Positions 20,210 to 28,715 of a DNA stretch of 64,000 bases are shown here, piece by piece. The translations under genes and the position numbers were made by a program. Under the pieces are notes generated by a model. That model ran no database searches. It saw only the letters and a list, made by a program, of their open reading frames with translations, and had not been told where the DNA came from. Position 1 is the stretch's first letter, and each line of letters starts with the position of its first letter. The DNA is from Minisyncoccota bacterium. Its GTDB lineage: Bacteria; Patescibacteriota; Minisyncoccia; Phycocordibacterales; Phycocordibacteraceae. The stretch is taken from contig DASPLI010000001.1 of NCBI GenBank assembly GCA_035627655.1, positions 398,217 to 462,216 of the forward strand, given 5' to 3'.

Positions 20210-21514
20210 ATGGCAACAACTTATATCGTGCGTAAAAATACCCGAAACGACCTTCGGGACCGACCAGGCTACGAGCGTTTCGCAAGCAAGACTGGCGGCA
20301 ATCGTCGTCCGGGCAAGGGTCGCAAGCGCGGCCCAGGCGGTCACGGCGGCGGCAATGCCCGCTTCAGCCGACCCCGCAAGAAGAGCGGACGCCAGGAAAT
20401 GGCGGTCGACCTCTCGCGACTTATCAACAAAGCAAAGCCGCAGGAAGCGGAAGCGCCGTTTGTGCCCACGCATCAGTTCCTCGATTTTCCGATCGATGCG
20501 CAGCTGAAGGAAAACCTCGTTTCCCGACACTACAAGATCCCAACCCCGATTCAGGACGCCGCGATTCCGGAAGTCCTCAAGGGAAAGGATGTTGTGGGGC
20601 TTGCAAACACAGGTACCGGAAAGACGGCAACCTTCCTTGTGCCTCTTATCGACAAGGTAGTGAAGCTTCGCGCCCTTGGCGAGAAGGAGCGCGTCTTGGT
20701 CATGGTGCCGACCCGCGAGCTTGCAATTCAGATTGAGGCAGAGTTCTGGGGCTTTGCGAAGAAGCTTCTCCTCAACGCAGTGGTCTGCGTTGGCGGCGCT
20801 TCAATCGACCCGCAGATTCGCGTGCTTCGCCGTGATCCGGCATTCGTCATCGGTACGCCGGGACGCCTGAAGGATCTTATGGAGCGACGCGAACTCGATC
20901 TCTCGAAGTTCCGCACCGTCGTGCTTGATGAGGCAGACCGTATGCTTGATATGGGCTTCATCGACGACATGCGCTTCATTCTCGGCAAGATGCCGACACC
21001 GCGCCATACGCTCTTCTTCTCGGCAACGATGGGACGAGATATTGAGAAGCTGATCGGCGATTTCCTCACGGATCCGGTTCAGATCTCCGTAAAGACGCGC
21101 GACACGGCTGCAACGATTGATCAGGACGTCGTTCGCGTTACCCGCGACACGAAGTTCTCTACGCTCGTGGATCTTCTGAAGTCTCCCGGCTTTGATAAGA
21201 CCCTAGTCTTCGGACGGACGAAGCATGGCGTCGAGCGTCTTGCACGCGATCTCTCGCGCGCAGGCATCAAGGCTGAATCTATCCACGGTGACAAGACACA
21301 CGGCAAGCGCCAGAAGGCCCTCGGCCTCTTCAAGCAAAACCATGTGTCTGTCCTCGTTGCGACAGACGTGGCGGCGCGCGGACTCGATATTTCCGGCGTT
21401 TCGCATGTAATTAACTACGATCTCCCAGCGACGTACGAAGATTACACGCACCGCATCGGACGTACCGGACGCGCCGGCAAGACCGGACAGGCGCTTACAT
21501 TTATCGAACAGTAA
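20210..21514 (+). CDS. DEAD-box RNA helicase
   Basis: PTPIQ, TGTGKT, PTRELA, DEAD, SAT, ARGLD, HRIGRTGR. Confidence 0.96.
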   Translation: MATTYIVRKNTRNDLRDRPGYERFASKTGGNRRPGKGRKRGPGGHGGGNARFSRPRKKSGRQEMAVDLSRLINKAKPQEAEAPFVPTHQFLDFPIDAQLKENLVSRHYKIPTPIQDAAIPEVLKGKDVVGLANTGTGKTATFLVPLIDKVVKLRALGEKERVLVMVPTRELAIQIEAEFWGFAKKLLLNAVVCVGGASIDPQIRVLRRDPAFVIGTPGRLKDLMERRELDLSKFRTVVLDEADRMLDMGFIDDMRFILGKMPTPRHTLFFSATMGRDIEKLIGDFLTDPVQISVKTRDTAATIDQDVVRVTRDTKFSTLVDLLKSPGFDKTLVFGRTKHGVERLARDLSRAGIKAESIHGDKTHGKRQKALGLFKQNHVSVLVATDVAARGLDISGVSHVINYDLPATYEDYTHRIGRTGRAGKTGQALTFIEQ

Positions 21515-21550
21515 GCAGACAACAAACGCCGCGAATGCGGCGTTTGTTGT

Positions 21551-21892
21551 TTATGAGTAGATGAGAATGCCGAACACGACGAGTCCCTGCAAAACGAAGT
21601 AGGCAATGTTTGCAAAGAGAATCGGTTTCTCTTTGTGCACGTAGCCGTAGTAGATCCAGACAATGGCAAGCAGTGTCCAGAGGCTCCAGGTTGTGAGCGA
21701 TAGTCCAGATGCGCTTTGGCGTGCGAACACGTCATACACCTGTGGCAGCATGGCTACTGGCCCGATAAGCGAGATAAACACCATGATCCGGTCGAGCGAA
21801 CGGACGGAGAGGTGTGGGTGAGGGTACGGCTCGAGCTTCTTATAGGCACGTCTGCGGACGCTCAAGTGGTGATTTCCCGTGTGATGCTGCAT
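21551..21892 (-). CDS. PQ-loop/SemiSWEET-family transporter
   Basis: MLPQVYDV..SASGLSL..WIYYG..PILFAN, 3 TM. Confidence 0.82.
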   Translation of the reverse strand: MQHHTGNHHLSVRRRAYKKLEPYPHPHLSVRSLDRIMVFISLIGPVAMLPQVYDVFARQSASGLSLTTWSLWTLLAIVWIYYGYVHKEKPILFANIAYFVLQGLVVFGILIYS

Positions 21893-21964
21893 CACCCTAT
21901 CTTAACAGACCGAACGCCACACTGTAGGAACTCCTCCACATAAGGAGTAAGACACTACATACCT

Positions 21965-22141
21965 ATGAACGAAAACAACAACACCGGTACTATCGTGCTG
22001 ATCATTATTCTCGTGCTGTTGGTCGGATTTGGCGTCTGGTACTTCACGGCCGGGCAGGGTCCTGCGCCTGCAGCGCCAGCGACCGGCATTGAGCTCAATG
22101 TCGGGGGTGGTGACGGAGGCGGCGGAGGGGGTGGACAATAG
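21965..22141 (+). CDS. Small single-TM protein with Gly-rich tail (58 aa)
   Basis: Manual translation MNENNNTGTIVLIIILVLLVGFGVWYFTAGQGPAPAAPATGIELNVGGGDGGGGGGGQ. Confidence 0.7.
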   Translation: MNENNNTGTIVLIIILVLLVGFGVWYFTAGQGPAPAAPATGIELNVGGGDGGGGGGGQ

Positions 22142-22206
22142 TCCGCTTGGCAGCGTCCTCCCCTTAGCGGTATGCTGTACCTCATTAGTTAGCTAATGAT
22201 TCGTCT

Positions 22207-22911
22207 ATGGCAGAGACATCGGGAGGAACGTTTGCAGACAAGTACCTGACACCGCTTGCGGTGCTTGTCGGTCTTATCTTGATTGCAGTTGCGATCGCTT
22301 TTGGCGGGAAGGGCATCGCTGATAATCGCGAAGGCGCTCCGCAGGGAGGTGCAGTGGATATTCAAAACGTACAAACGGATGCATCACCATATGTCGGCGA
22401 GGAAAACGCGCCGGTGGTGATCGCTGTGTGGTTTGATTATCAGTGCCCGTTCTGCAAGCGCTTCGAGCTTGAAACGCTCTCACGCATCTACGACGAGTAC
22501 GTGACCAACGGTCAGGTACGCATCGTCTACAAGGACTATCAGTTCCTCGGCCCAGATTCCGCAACAGCAGCACTCTACGCGCGCGCGGTATGGGAAGCAT
22601 ATCCGGACCGCTTCTACGAGTGGTTTGTCGCTATGGCAGAAGCGCAGGATGAGGAGCATGGTGGCTTTGGCGACCTTGCAAGCATTACCGAGCTCACCAA
22701 GAATCTCGGCGGCATGGACACGGACCGCATCAGCCGTCTCATGTCTGAGAACAAGAGCGAGTACGAGGCAGCGATTACTGCAGACCGTGCTGAGGGCGCT
22801 TCCTTTGGCATCAACGGTACGCCAGGCGCTATCGTCGGCACTTCACTTATCGCAGGCGCACAGCCCTACGAGAAAGTGAAGGCACTCGTCGACGCAGAGC
22901 TCGCGAAGTAG
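22207..22911 (+). CDS. DsbA-family thiol-disulfide oxidoreductase
   Basis: FDYQCPFC, GINGTP, GAQPY. Confidence 0.92.
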   Translation: MAETSGGTFADKYLTPLAVLVGLILIAVAIAFGGKGIADNREGAPQGGAVDIQNVQTDASPYVGEENAPVVIAVWFDYQCPFCKRFELETLSRIYDEYVTNGQVRIVYKDYQFLGPDSATAALYARAVWEAYPDRFYEWFVAMAEAQDEEHGGFGDLASITELTKNLGGMDTDRISRLMSENKSEYEAAITADRAEGASFGINGTPGAIVGTSLIAGAQPYEKVKALVDAELAK

Positions 22912-22938
22912 TTCGGTTCAGAGATGAACACCGCTCCG

Positions 22939-23571
22939 CTACGGAGCGGTGTTCTCTTTAAGTTCTTTGCGCGCCTTGAAGTACTCCCAGACAACGGACA
23001 GTGTTGAAATGAGGATGACCACCAGAAGCACCGGCATAATGTAGTGGTCGATGTTGGGTATGACGGAGCCCAGGTAGTAGCCAAGCAGGGTAACGGAGAT
23101 GCCCCAGAAGAATGCGCCGCTTACGTTGTAGATAAGGAAAGAGTGGTAGGGCATGCGCACAACGCCGGCAAAGAGCGGCACGAGCGTACGGAAGAGTGGA
23201 AGGAATCGGGCAAGAATGATGGCTTTACCGCCGTGCTTTTCGTAGAAGCGGCGGGTGCGCTCCAAATTCCGCTTGTTGAGAAAGAGCGCTTTCTCTTTCT
23301 CAAAGAGTCGCGTACCAAACTTCGCGCCAAACCAGTAGCCGGCGCTATCGCCAAGTATTGCGCCGACGATAATAACCGCGAGGAGCGGCACGAGATCAAA
23401 GACGGAGGTTGCAGCAAGAAAGCCAGCAGAGAAGAGGAGTGTGTCCCCCGGAAGCGGAAGCACGAGGCCGATCGGAATGCCCGACTCGATAAACACGATG
23501 ACAAAGACGCCGAGGTACCCGATGCTCTGAATGAGTTCGGGGAGGGTCATCGACAGAAAGGGTATGTCCAT
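22939..23571 (-). CDS. DedA-family membrane protein
   Basis: FIESG..LPGDTLL..GDSAGYWFG..ARFLPLFRT. Confidence 0.92.
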   Translation of the reverse strand: MDIPFLSMTLPELIQSIGYLGVFVIVFIESGIPIGLVLPLPGDTLLFSAGFLAATSVFDLVPLLAVIIVGAILGDSAGYWFGAKFGTRLFEKEKALFLNKRNLERTRRFYEKHGGKAIILARFLPLFRTLVPLFAGVVRMPYHSFLIYNVSGAFFWGISVTLLGYYLGSVIPNIDHYIMPVLLVVILISTLSVVWEYFKARKELKENTAP

Positions 23572-23594
23572 GAAAAGCCAGTATACTAGCCTTC

Positions 23595-24014
23595 ATGACA
23601 GAAGCGGAATTCAACGCCATCGTACAAGCGGAGTGGAACGCCGTTCCGCCGCAATTTGCGGGCAAGATCGACAACGTCGCGCTCCTCATTGAAGACGAGC
23701 CGAGCGAAGAGCTTCGAAGAGAAGAAGGGCTTGAGCCGGGGGAGACGCTCCTTGGTCACTATCACGGCATTCCAAATACGGCGCGCGGGAGCGAGTACGG
23801 TATTGGCGCGACGCTTCCGGACACCATCACGCTCTATCGTCTGCCGATACTCGCGCAAGCGCAGGAAGATACGGATGATGCAACGAGCATGTTTCCAGAG
23901 ATGGTACGCCGCGTCGTGCGCGAGACGATCTGGCACGAGCTTGGACACTACTTCGGCTATGACGAAGAGCCGATACAAAAAAGAGAGGGAGAGGGGACGA
24001 ACAGGTTTGAATAA
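23595..24014 (+). CDS. Zincin-like metallopeptidase (DUF1025-type)
   Basis: LLGHYHGIP, PDTITLYR, HELGHYFG. Confidence 0.88.
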   Translation: MTEAEFNAIVQAEWNAVPPQFAGKIDNVALLIEDEPSEELRREEGLEPGETLLGHYHGIPNTARGSEYGIGATLPDTITLYRLPILAQAQEDTDDATSMFPEMVRRVVRETIWHELGHYFGYDEEPIQKREGEGTNRFE

Positions 24015-24072
24015 AAAGATCGGCCCCGCGGTGTTATCCGCAGGGCCAGTTTCCTTTGCTTGAAAATCTGAG

Positions 24073-24627
24073 CTAGCTGTTCAGCGCGGCCAGAATGAAG
24101 AAAGAGACGAGTCCGGCTAGCACAATCCAGCCAAACATAGACAGTCCGCCGCCTTCACGTTTTGGAGGTTCTTCCTCAGGCCATCGCCACTGCGAATTAA
24201 TGATTGTTGCAGTGAGTGCCCTTGGATCCACAACCCATCTTCCGGCGCCCAGCTCGCAGACGAATGTCTTGTCAGCTGAGTTGTAGCTGATGGAGTGGAA
24301 GCCGGTGAGAGTTCTGGTTTCCGTGTAGGGCTGAGGATCTTTGACCTCGAGCAGTGGAACCAGATCGATGTAGGTACCGCCTGGCTGGATCTGCAGTATG
24401 GTCGAGATCCCGCCAAGCTTACCGACGATGTAGCGATAGCCGTCCAATTCAAGGTAGGGAAACGGATTGAAGAAGTCATGGTAGTCGGGCCCAAGCGGCT
24501 CGTTGTCTTCCGACAACAAGCACACGCAAGCGCCGCCCCGCGAGCCCAGTATGTATGACTTGCCGCCAGGACCCTCGAAGGTCCCGACCGCGCGCCAAGG
24601 GCCTCGGGTCGCTGCAGAAGCGTTCAT
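24073..24627 (-). CDS. Orphan protein with C-terminal TM anchor
   Basis: GGGAG SD; own AT-rich promoter (TTGACA ~24698-24703); C-terminal hydrophobic segment. Confidence 0.6.
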   Translation of the reverse strand: MNASAATRGPWRAVGTFEGPGGKSYILGSRGGACVCLLSEDNEPLGPDYHDFFNPFPYLELDGYRYIVGKLGGISTILQIQPGGTYIDLVPLLEVKDPQPYTETRTLTGFHSISYNSADKTFVCELGAGRWVVDPRALTATIINSQWRWPEEEPPKREGGGLSMFGWIVLAGLVSFFILAALNS

Positions 24628-24846
24628 GATTTTTCTCCCGAATACACCCGTAAAACACGGATGCTCTAAAATAAACAATTACATCATTGTATGATTATGT
24701 CAAGATATGTGGTTTCAATTGGACGGGCTCTAACTATGATTCCTAGTTTATTTGCCCTATCCACACGCCTCCGTCTAGTTCATGCTGGGAGGCTATACTT
24801 ATAGGGTTGGCTCCTTCGGGAGCCCGCTTACCACCTAACCTCTCGT

Positions 24847-25242
24847 ATGGCTAAAAAGCTTGCGTACGTGTTCGGTATTATCTTCGTGCTTGTTGGTCTT
24901 CTTGGCTTTGTACCAAATCCGATCGTCGGACCAGGTGCACTCTTTGAGACTGACCTTCTGCACAACCTCGTGCACTTGATCATCGGTATCGTCCTTCTTG
25001 GTGTTGCAATGAAGGCTCCGGCGAAGTCTGCGCTTTGGCTCAAGATCTTCGGCGTGATCTACCTCATTCTCGCCATTCTCGGCTTCCTTATGGTTCCGGA
25101 AGGTGGCGAACTGCTTGGTCTTGTTGCAACGAATCACGCAGATCACTGGCTCCATGTCGTGCTTGCAATCGTGCTCCTTGCCGCTGGTTTCATGGGCAAG
25201 GGCGGTGCAAAGCCGACGCCGACTGCTGCGCCGATGGCGTAA
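24847..25242 (+). CDS. DUF4383-family membrane protein
   Basis: FGIIFVLVGLLGF..LHNLVHL..N.ADHWLH. Confidence 0.85.
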   Translation: MAKKLAYVFGIIFVLVGLLGFVPNPIVGPGALFETDLLHNLVHLIIGIVLLGVAMKAPAKSALWLKIFGVIYLILAILGFLMVPEGGELLGLVATNHADHWLHVVLAIVLLAAGFMGKGGAKPTPTAAPMA

Positions 25243-25281
25243 ACAGGGCGTTCTTGGAAACAGTCCCACAGGGGACTGTTT

Positions 25282-25815
25282 TCATTTTAAAAGCTCGGCA
25301 AATTCCTGCTGCACCTTCTGCAGCTTGGGCGCGATGATGATTTGGCAGTAGCCGCGCGTCTGGTTCTTTGCGTAATAGTCGCGGTGATACTCCTCGGCAG
25401 GATAAAAGTCGGGGAGCGGCTCGACCGTAGTTGCAATCGGGTCTCCCTCGGCGGATGACCGCTCAAGTTCTTGAATGAAAGCTTCCGCCTCCGCCTTCTG
25501 AGCGGGAGTCGTGTAAAAGATGACGGATCGATACTGCGTTCCAACATCGTTACCTTGTCGGTTTACCTGTGTTGCGTCGTGCGAAGCGAAAAAGATGGTG
25601 AGGAGTGTGCGGTAGGGGAGCTCCTCAGGATCGTAGGTAACTTCTACGACCTCCACATGGTCTGTATCTCCGCCGCATACCTGCTCATAGGTGGGGTTCG
25701 GGATACTGCCGCCGGCGTAGCCGGGCATGACCGAAACGACTCCCTTGAGCGACTTAAAAACCGCCTCTGTGCACCAGAAGCATCCGCCACCAAAGACCGC
25801 TGTTTCAGGGCTCAT
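25282..25815 (-). CDS. msrA: Peptide-methionine (S)-S-oxide reductase
   Basis: GGGCFWC, RQGNDVGTQYRS, FYPAEEYH. Confidence 0.96.
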   Translation of the reverse strand: MSPETAVFGGGCFWCTEAVFKSLKGVVSVMPGYAGGSIPNPTYEQVCGGDTDHVEVVEVTYDPEELPYRTLLTIFFASHDATQVNRQGNDVGTQYRSVIFYTTPAQKAEAEAFIQELERSSAEGDPIATTVEPLPDFYPAEEYHRDYYAKNQTRGYCQIIIAPKLQKVQQEFAELLK

Positions 25816-25918
25816 ATACGTAGTATTTCATAGCATGAGGGGTATTGACCTTTCATGAACTTTGTGATATAAGAGTAAACGGGCAAAACTGTGCCCTTTG
25901 CAAAGTGGAGTAACACAG

Positions 25919-26563
25919 ATGAGCAAATACCTTGGGTGGGCCGTGCTTGGCGCGGTCATTCTCTTCTTGTTCGTCGGTTGCGGCGCCTACACGTCAAACG
26001 TGCAAGCCCGCAACAACGTCGACGCCAAGATGGGCAACATCCAGCAGAGCCTGCAGCAGCGCAACGACCTGATCCCGAACCTCGTGGAAACGGTCCGTGG
26101 CGCCGCCGCGCAGAACCAGGTCTTCGTTCAGATCGCTGAAGCCCGTGCGGGCCTGACGCCGTTCCTGCAAATGGACCCGGCGCAGCTTTCGACGAACCCG
26201 GAACTCATGTCGCAGTTCGCGGCGGCGCAAGCTGCCATGACCCGCGCCATGTCGGCGCAGAACTTCCGCATCGTCACCGAAGCGTATCCCGAGCTCCGCT
26301 CGAACGAGAACTTCCTGACGCTGCAGAGCCAGATCGAAGGCATGGAAAACCGGATTGGGACGGCCCGCCGCGACTACAACGAAGCGGTGCGCCTCTACAA
26401 CAATCAGGTCCAAACGCCTCCGGGCATGTTCTTCGCGCCGCTGTGCGGCTGCACGCCTCGCCAGTCCTATCAGGCGAGCGCTGCCAACGTCGAAGTTGCG
26501 CCGCGCGTCTCGTTTGACGCGCCGGCGACGCAACAACCGCAGCCTGCGCCGGCCACTCCGTAA
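25919..26563 (+). CDS. LemA-family protein (divergent copy)
   Basis: QRNDLIPNLVETV, EAYPELRSNENFLTLQSQIEGMENRIGTARRDYN. Confidence 0.9.
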   Translation: MSKYLGWAVLGAVILFLFVGCGAYTSNVQARNNVDAKMGNIQQSLQQRNDLIPNLVETVRGAAAQNQVFVQIAEARAGLTPFLQMDPAQLSTNPELMSQFAAAQAAMTRAMSAQNFRIVTEAYPELRSNENFLTLQSQIEGMENRIGTARRDYNEAVRLYNNQVQTPPGMFFAPLCGCTPRQSYQASAANVEVAPRVSFDAPATQQPQPAPATP

Positions 26564-26581
26564 CACAACACGGAGGTGGCC

Positions 26582-27538
26582 ATGAAATGGCTTGTTCGTC
26601 TGGCGGTGGCCTGCGCAGCCCTCGTGGCTGCGTGCGGTCCGTCGCCGGACACGGCTCGCCGAGAAAGCGAGCCTGCTCAACAGGAGTTGCGCGTCCCCGC
26701 ACTTACGGGACGCGTCAACGACTATGCGAACGTCCTGACTCCGGACCAAGAGGCGGCGCTTACGCGCCGTCTCGAGGCCATCGAGACTGGGACGCCGCTC
26801 CACGATCAAGTAGTCATCCTCACCACGCCTAATCTTGGTGGGTATGACATGGAATTGTATGCCAACACCGTTGCCAGAGCATGGCAGATCGGTCAGCGTG
26901 AACATAACAATGGCATGCTGATCGTTCTCTCGTTGGATCCGCGACGGATCCGCTTCGAGACGGCTGGCGGCGTACAAGACCGAATGACTGATGCGCGATC
27001 GTTCCTCATCCAACGACGCGAGATGATTCCTCATCTTGCCGAAGGGGAAGAGAACTACTTCGCGGCGCTCGACGCCGCGGCGGTCGCGACTGATGCGGTC
27101 CTTAGGGGCACAAGCACGGGCGATACGGCGATTGACTCTGGTCAAGATCCGTCCGTCCAGGTAGCCGGCCAACCACGCCGGTCACCGCTTGCCAACCTTC
27201 CACCGGGCGTCAGCATGGTGCTGGTCATCGGGGGTCTTATCACGATCCTTGTGGCCTTTGCATCCGGCTGGATTAGTCCGGTGACGGGCGCGGCTACCGG
27301 CGCTGTCGCTGCGGGTATCGGGGGATCTCTTGCCCTTGGTGCTCTTGCGGCTGGCGCAGGTATCGGCCTTGCGGTTGGTGCTCTTATTGGCCTCCTGGTC
27401 GCAGGAATGCGAGCAGGCGTCATTGACCCCTTTATGCTTCTGCAAATCTTCTTGAGTGGAGGTGGCGGAGGCGGCGGAGGATTCTCCGGCGGGGGTGGTG
27501 GCGACTTCAGTGGCGGCGGCGCATCGTCGAACTACTAG
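26582..27538 (+). CDS. TPM-domain (YgcG-like) protein, lipoprotein-like signal, Gly-rich tail
   Basis: GRVNDYANVL, WQIGQREHNNGMLI, GGGGDFSGGGAS; LVAAC lipobox. Confidence 0.88.
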   Translation: MKWLVRLAVACAALVAACGPSPDTARRESEPAQQELRVPALTGRVNDYANVLTPDQEAALTRRLEAIETGTPLHDQVVILTTPNLGGYDMELYANTVARAWQIGQREHNNGMLIVLSLDPRRIRFETAGGVQDRMTDARSFLIQRREMIPHLAEGEENYFAALDAAAVATDAVLRGTSTGDTAIDSGQDPSVQVAGQPRRSPLANLPPGVSMVLVIGGLITILVAFASGWISPVTGAATGAVAAGIGGSLALGALAAGAGIGLAVGALIGLLVAGMRAGVIDPFMLLQIFLSGGGGGGGGFSGGGGGDFSGGGASSNY

Positions 27539-27554
27539 GTCTATTTCCACAACA

Positions 27555-27594
27555 GCGGGCCGGAGCATTACTACGCTCCGGCTCGTTTCTTTTT
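27555..27594 (+). terminator. Intrinsic terminator of lemA-TPM operon
   Basis: GCGGGCCGGAGC..GCTCCGGCTCGT followed by T-run. Confidence 0.75.
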
Positions 27595-27595
27595 A

Positions 27596-27798
27596 AAAGG
27601 ATGATCCCGCGCGAGGCGGGATCGGTGCCATACTATTTGCAACGGCGTCTTCAGACTGCCGCATAGTACTTACGGCGGCACGACTTCCGGCGATAAAGCA
27701 ACGTGTGGGACTATGCGCAGCCCATTGGATCCACCACACCGCTTCTTTGTATCAAGACGCCATCGCGTGGCGCCTGGAGCCATTGGATCCCGGGCGTG
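27596..27798 (-). ncRNA. Putative structured ncRNA, family unknown
   Basis: TTGAGG-17-TATAGT promoter (27833-27805), several nested helices with G-U pairs on minus strand, terminator GATCCCGC/GCGGGATC. Confidence 0.62.
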
Positions 27799-27829
27799 CT
27801 AGCGACTATACGACAGGGATGCACGTTCC

Positions 27830-28252
27830 TCAAGCGCCGGTATCTTTTTCAAATGAGAGACAGACCGAGTTGATGCAGTAGTGCTTCTGCACTGCACCGT
27901 CGCGTTTTTCATCAAATACGTGCCCGAGATGTCCGCCGCAGTGCTTGCAATACACTTCGGTTCGATGCATGCCGTAGGAGTCGTCCGGCCGTGTGCCGAT
28001 ATTCTCGGCAACCGCCGGATCGGAGAAGGACGGCCATCCTTGGAATCCCGGATCGCTGTCGGATGAGTCGAGTTTCTGTTTGGAGGTAAAGAGGATGGTG
28101 CCGCAGCCTTTACAGCGATAGACGCCTTCGTCAGTCGTATTGAGATACGCGCCGGAGAAGGGGGCCTCGGTCCCTTGTTCTCGAAGCACCGTGTACTCCT
28201 CAGGCGAGAGCTCTCGCTTCCAGTCCTCCTCGGTTTTCTGGAGGGGGTCCAT
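27830..28252 (-). CDS. msrB: Peptide-methionine (R)-S-oxide reductase
   Basis: GTEAPFSG, GWPSF, RTEVYC..CGGHLGHVF, YCINS. Confidence 0.95.
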   Translation of the reverse strand: MDPLQKTEEDWKRELSPEEYTVLREQGTEAPFSGAYLNTTDEGVYRCKGCGTILFTSKQKLDSSDSDPGFQGWPSFSDPAVAENIGTRPDDSYGMHRTEVYCKHCGGHLGHVFDEKRDGAVQKHYCINSVCLSFEKDTGA

Positions 28253-28277
28253 AAAAATAGTGTACACTACCGAAGTA

Positions 28278-28709
28278 ATGACTCGTCAGATTATTCTTGC
28301 GATCCTGATTGTGCTTGCCCTGATCGGTCTTGGCGATACCATCTATCTCTCCCTCAGCGCAGCAAGCGACGCCCCGCTCGTGTGCGATATTGGCGCCGGG
28401 CTTGATGGATGCAACATTGTTGCGCAGAGTCCGTATTCGCGCGTATTCGGGATTCCGCTCGCAGCAATTGGTGTCGTGTTCTACGCGCTCCTACTCGTGG
28501 TGTCTGCTGTACTTACGCGCCTCCAGCATCCGCTGTTGGAGCGAGGGCTTCGCTGGCTCACGATCGTCGGTTCCATCCTCTCTGTCGGCTTCCTCTATAT
28601 ACAGTTTGCGCTGATTCAGGCGCTCTGCATTTACTGCATCCTCTCCGCACTCCTCTCGTTTGCGGCCGTATGGCTTGCGCATCAGCTGAAGCCACCCGTG
28701 CTACCATAA
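28278..28709 (+). CDS. Vitamin K epoxide reductase (VKOR) family protein
   Basis: C..GC..V.QSPYSRVFGIP; ALCIYC. Confidence 0.9.
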   Translation: MTRQIILAILIVLALIGLGDTIYLSLSAASDAPLVCDIGAGLDGCNIVAQSPYSRVFGIPLAAIGVVFYALLLVVSAVLTRLQHPLLERGLRWLTIVGSILSVGFLYIQFALIQALCIYCILSALLSFAAVWLAHQLKPPVLP

Positions 28710-28715
28710 GCCCAT

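Noticed and set aside
25994-27172. 392-aa minus-strand ORF
   Set aside because: Antisense to lemA/TPM; GC-rich codon-bias artefact
27670-27783. 37-codon ORF (MAPGATRWRL...) inside the candidate ncRNA
   Set aside because: No SD, not at the predicted TSS, and base-pairing explains the sequence better; not fully excluded
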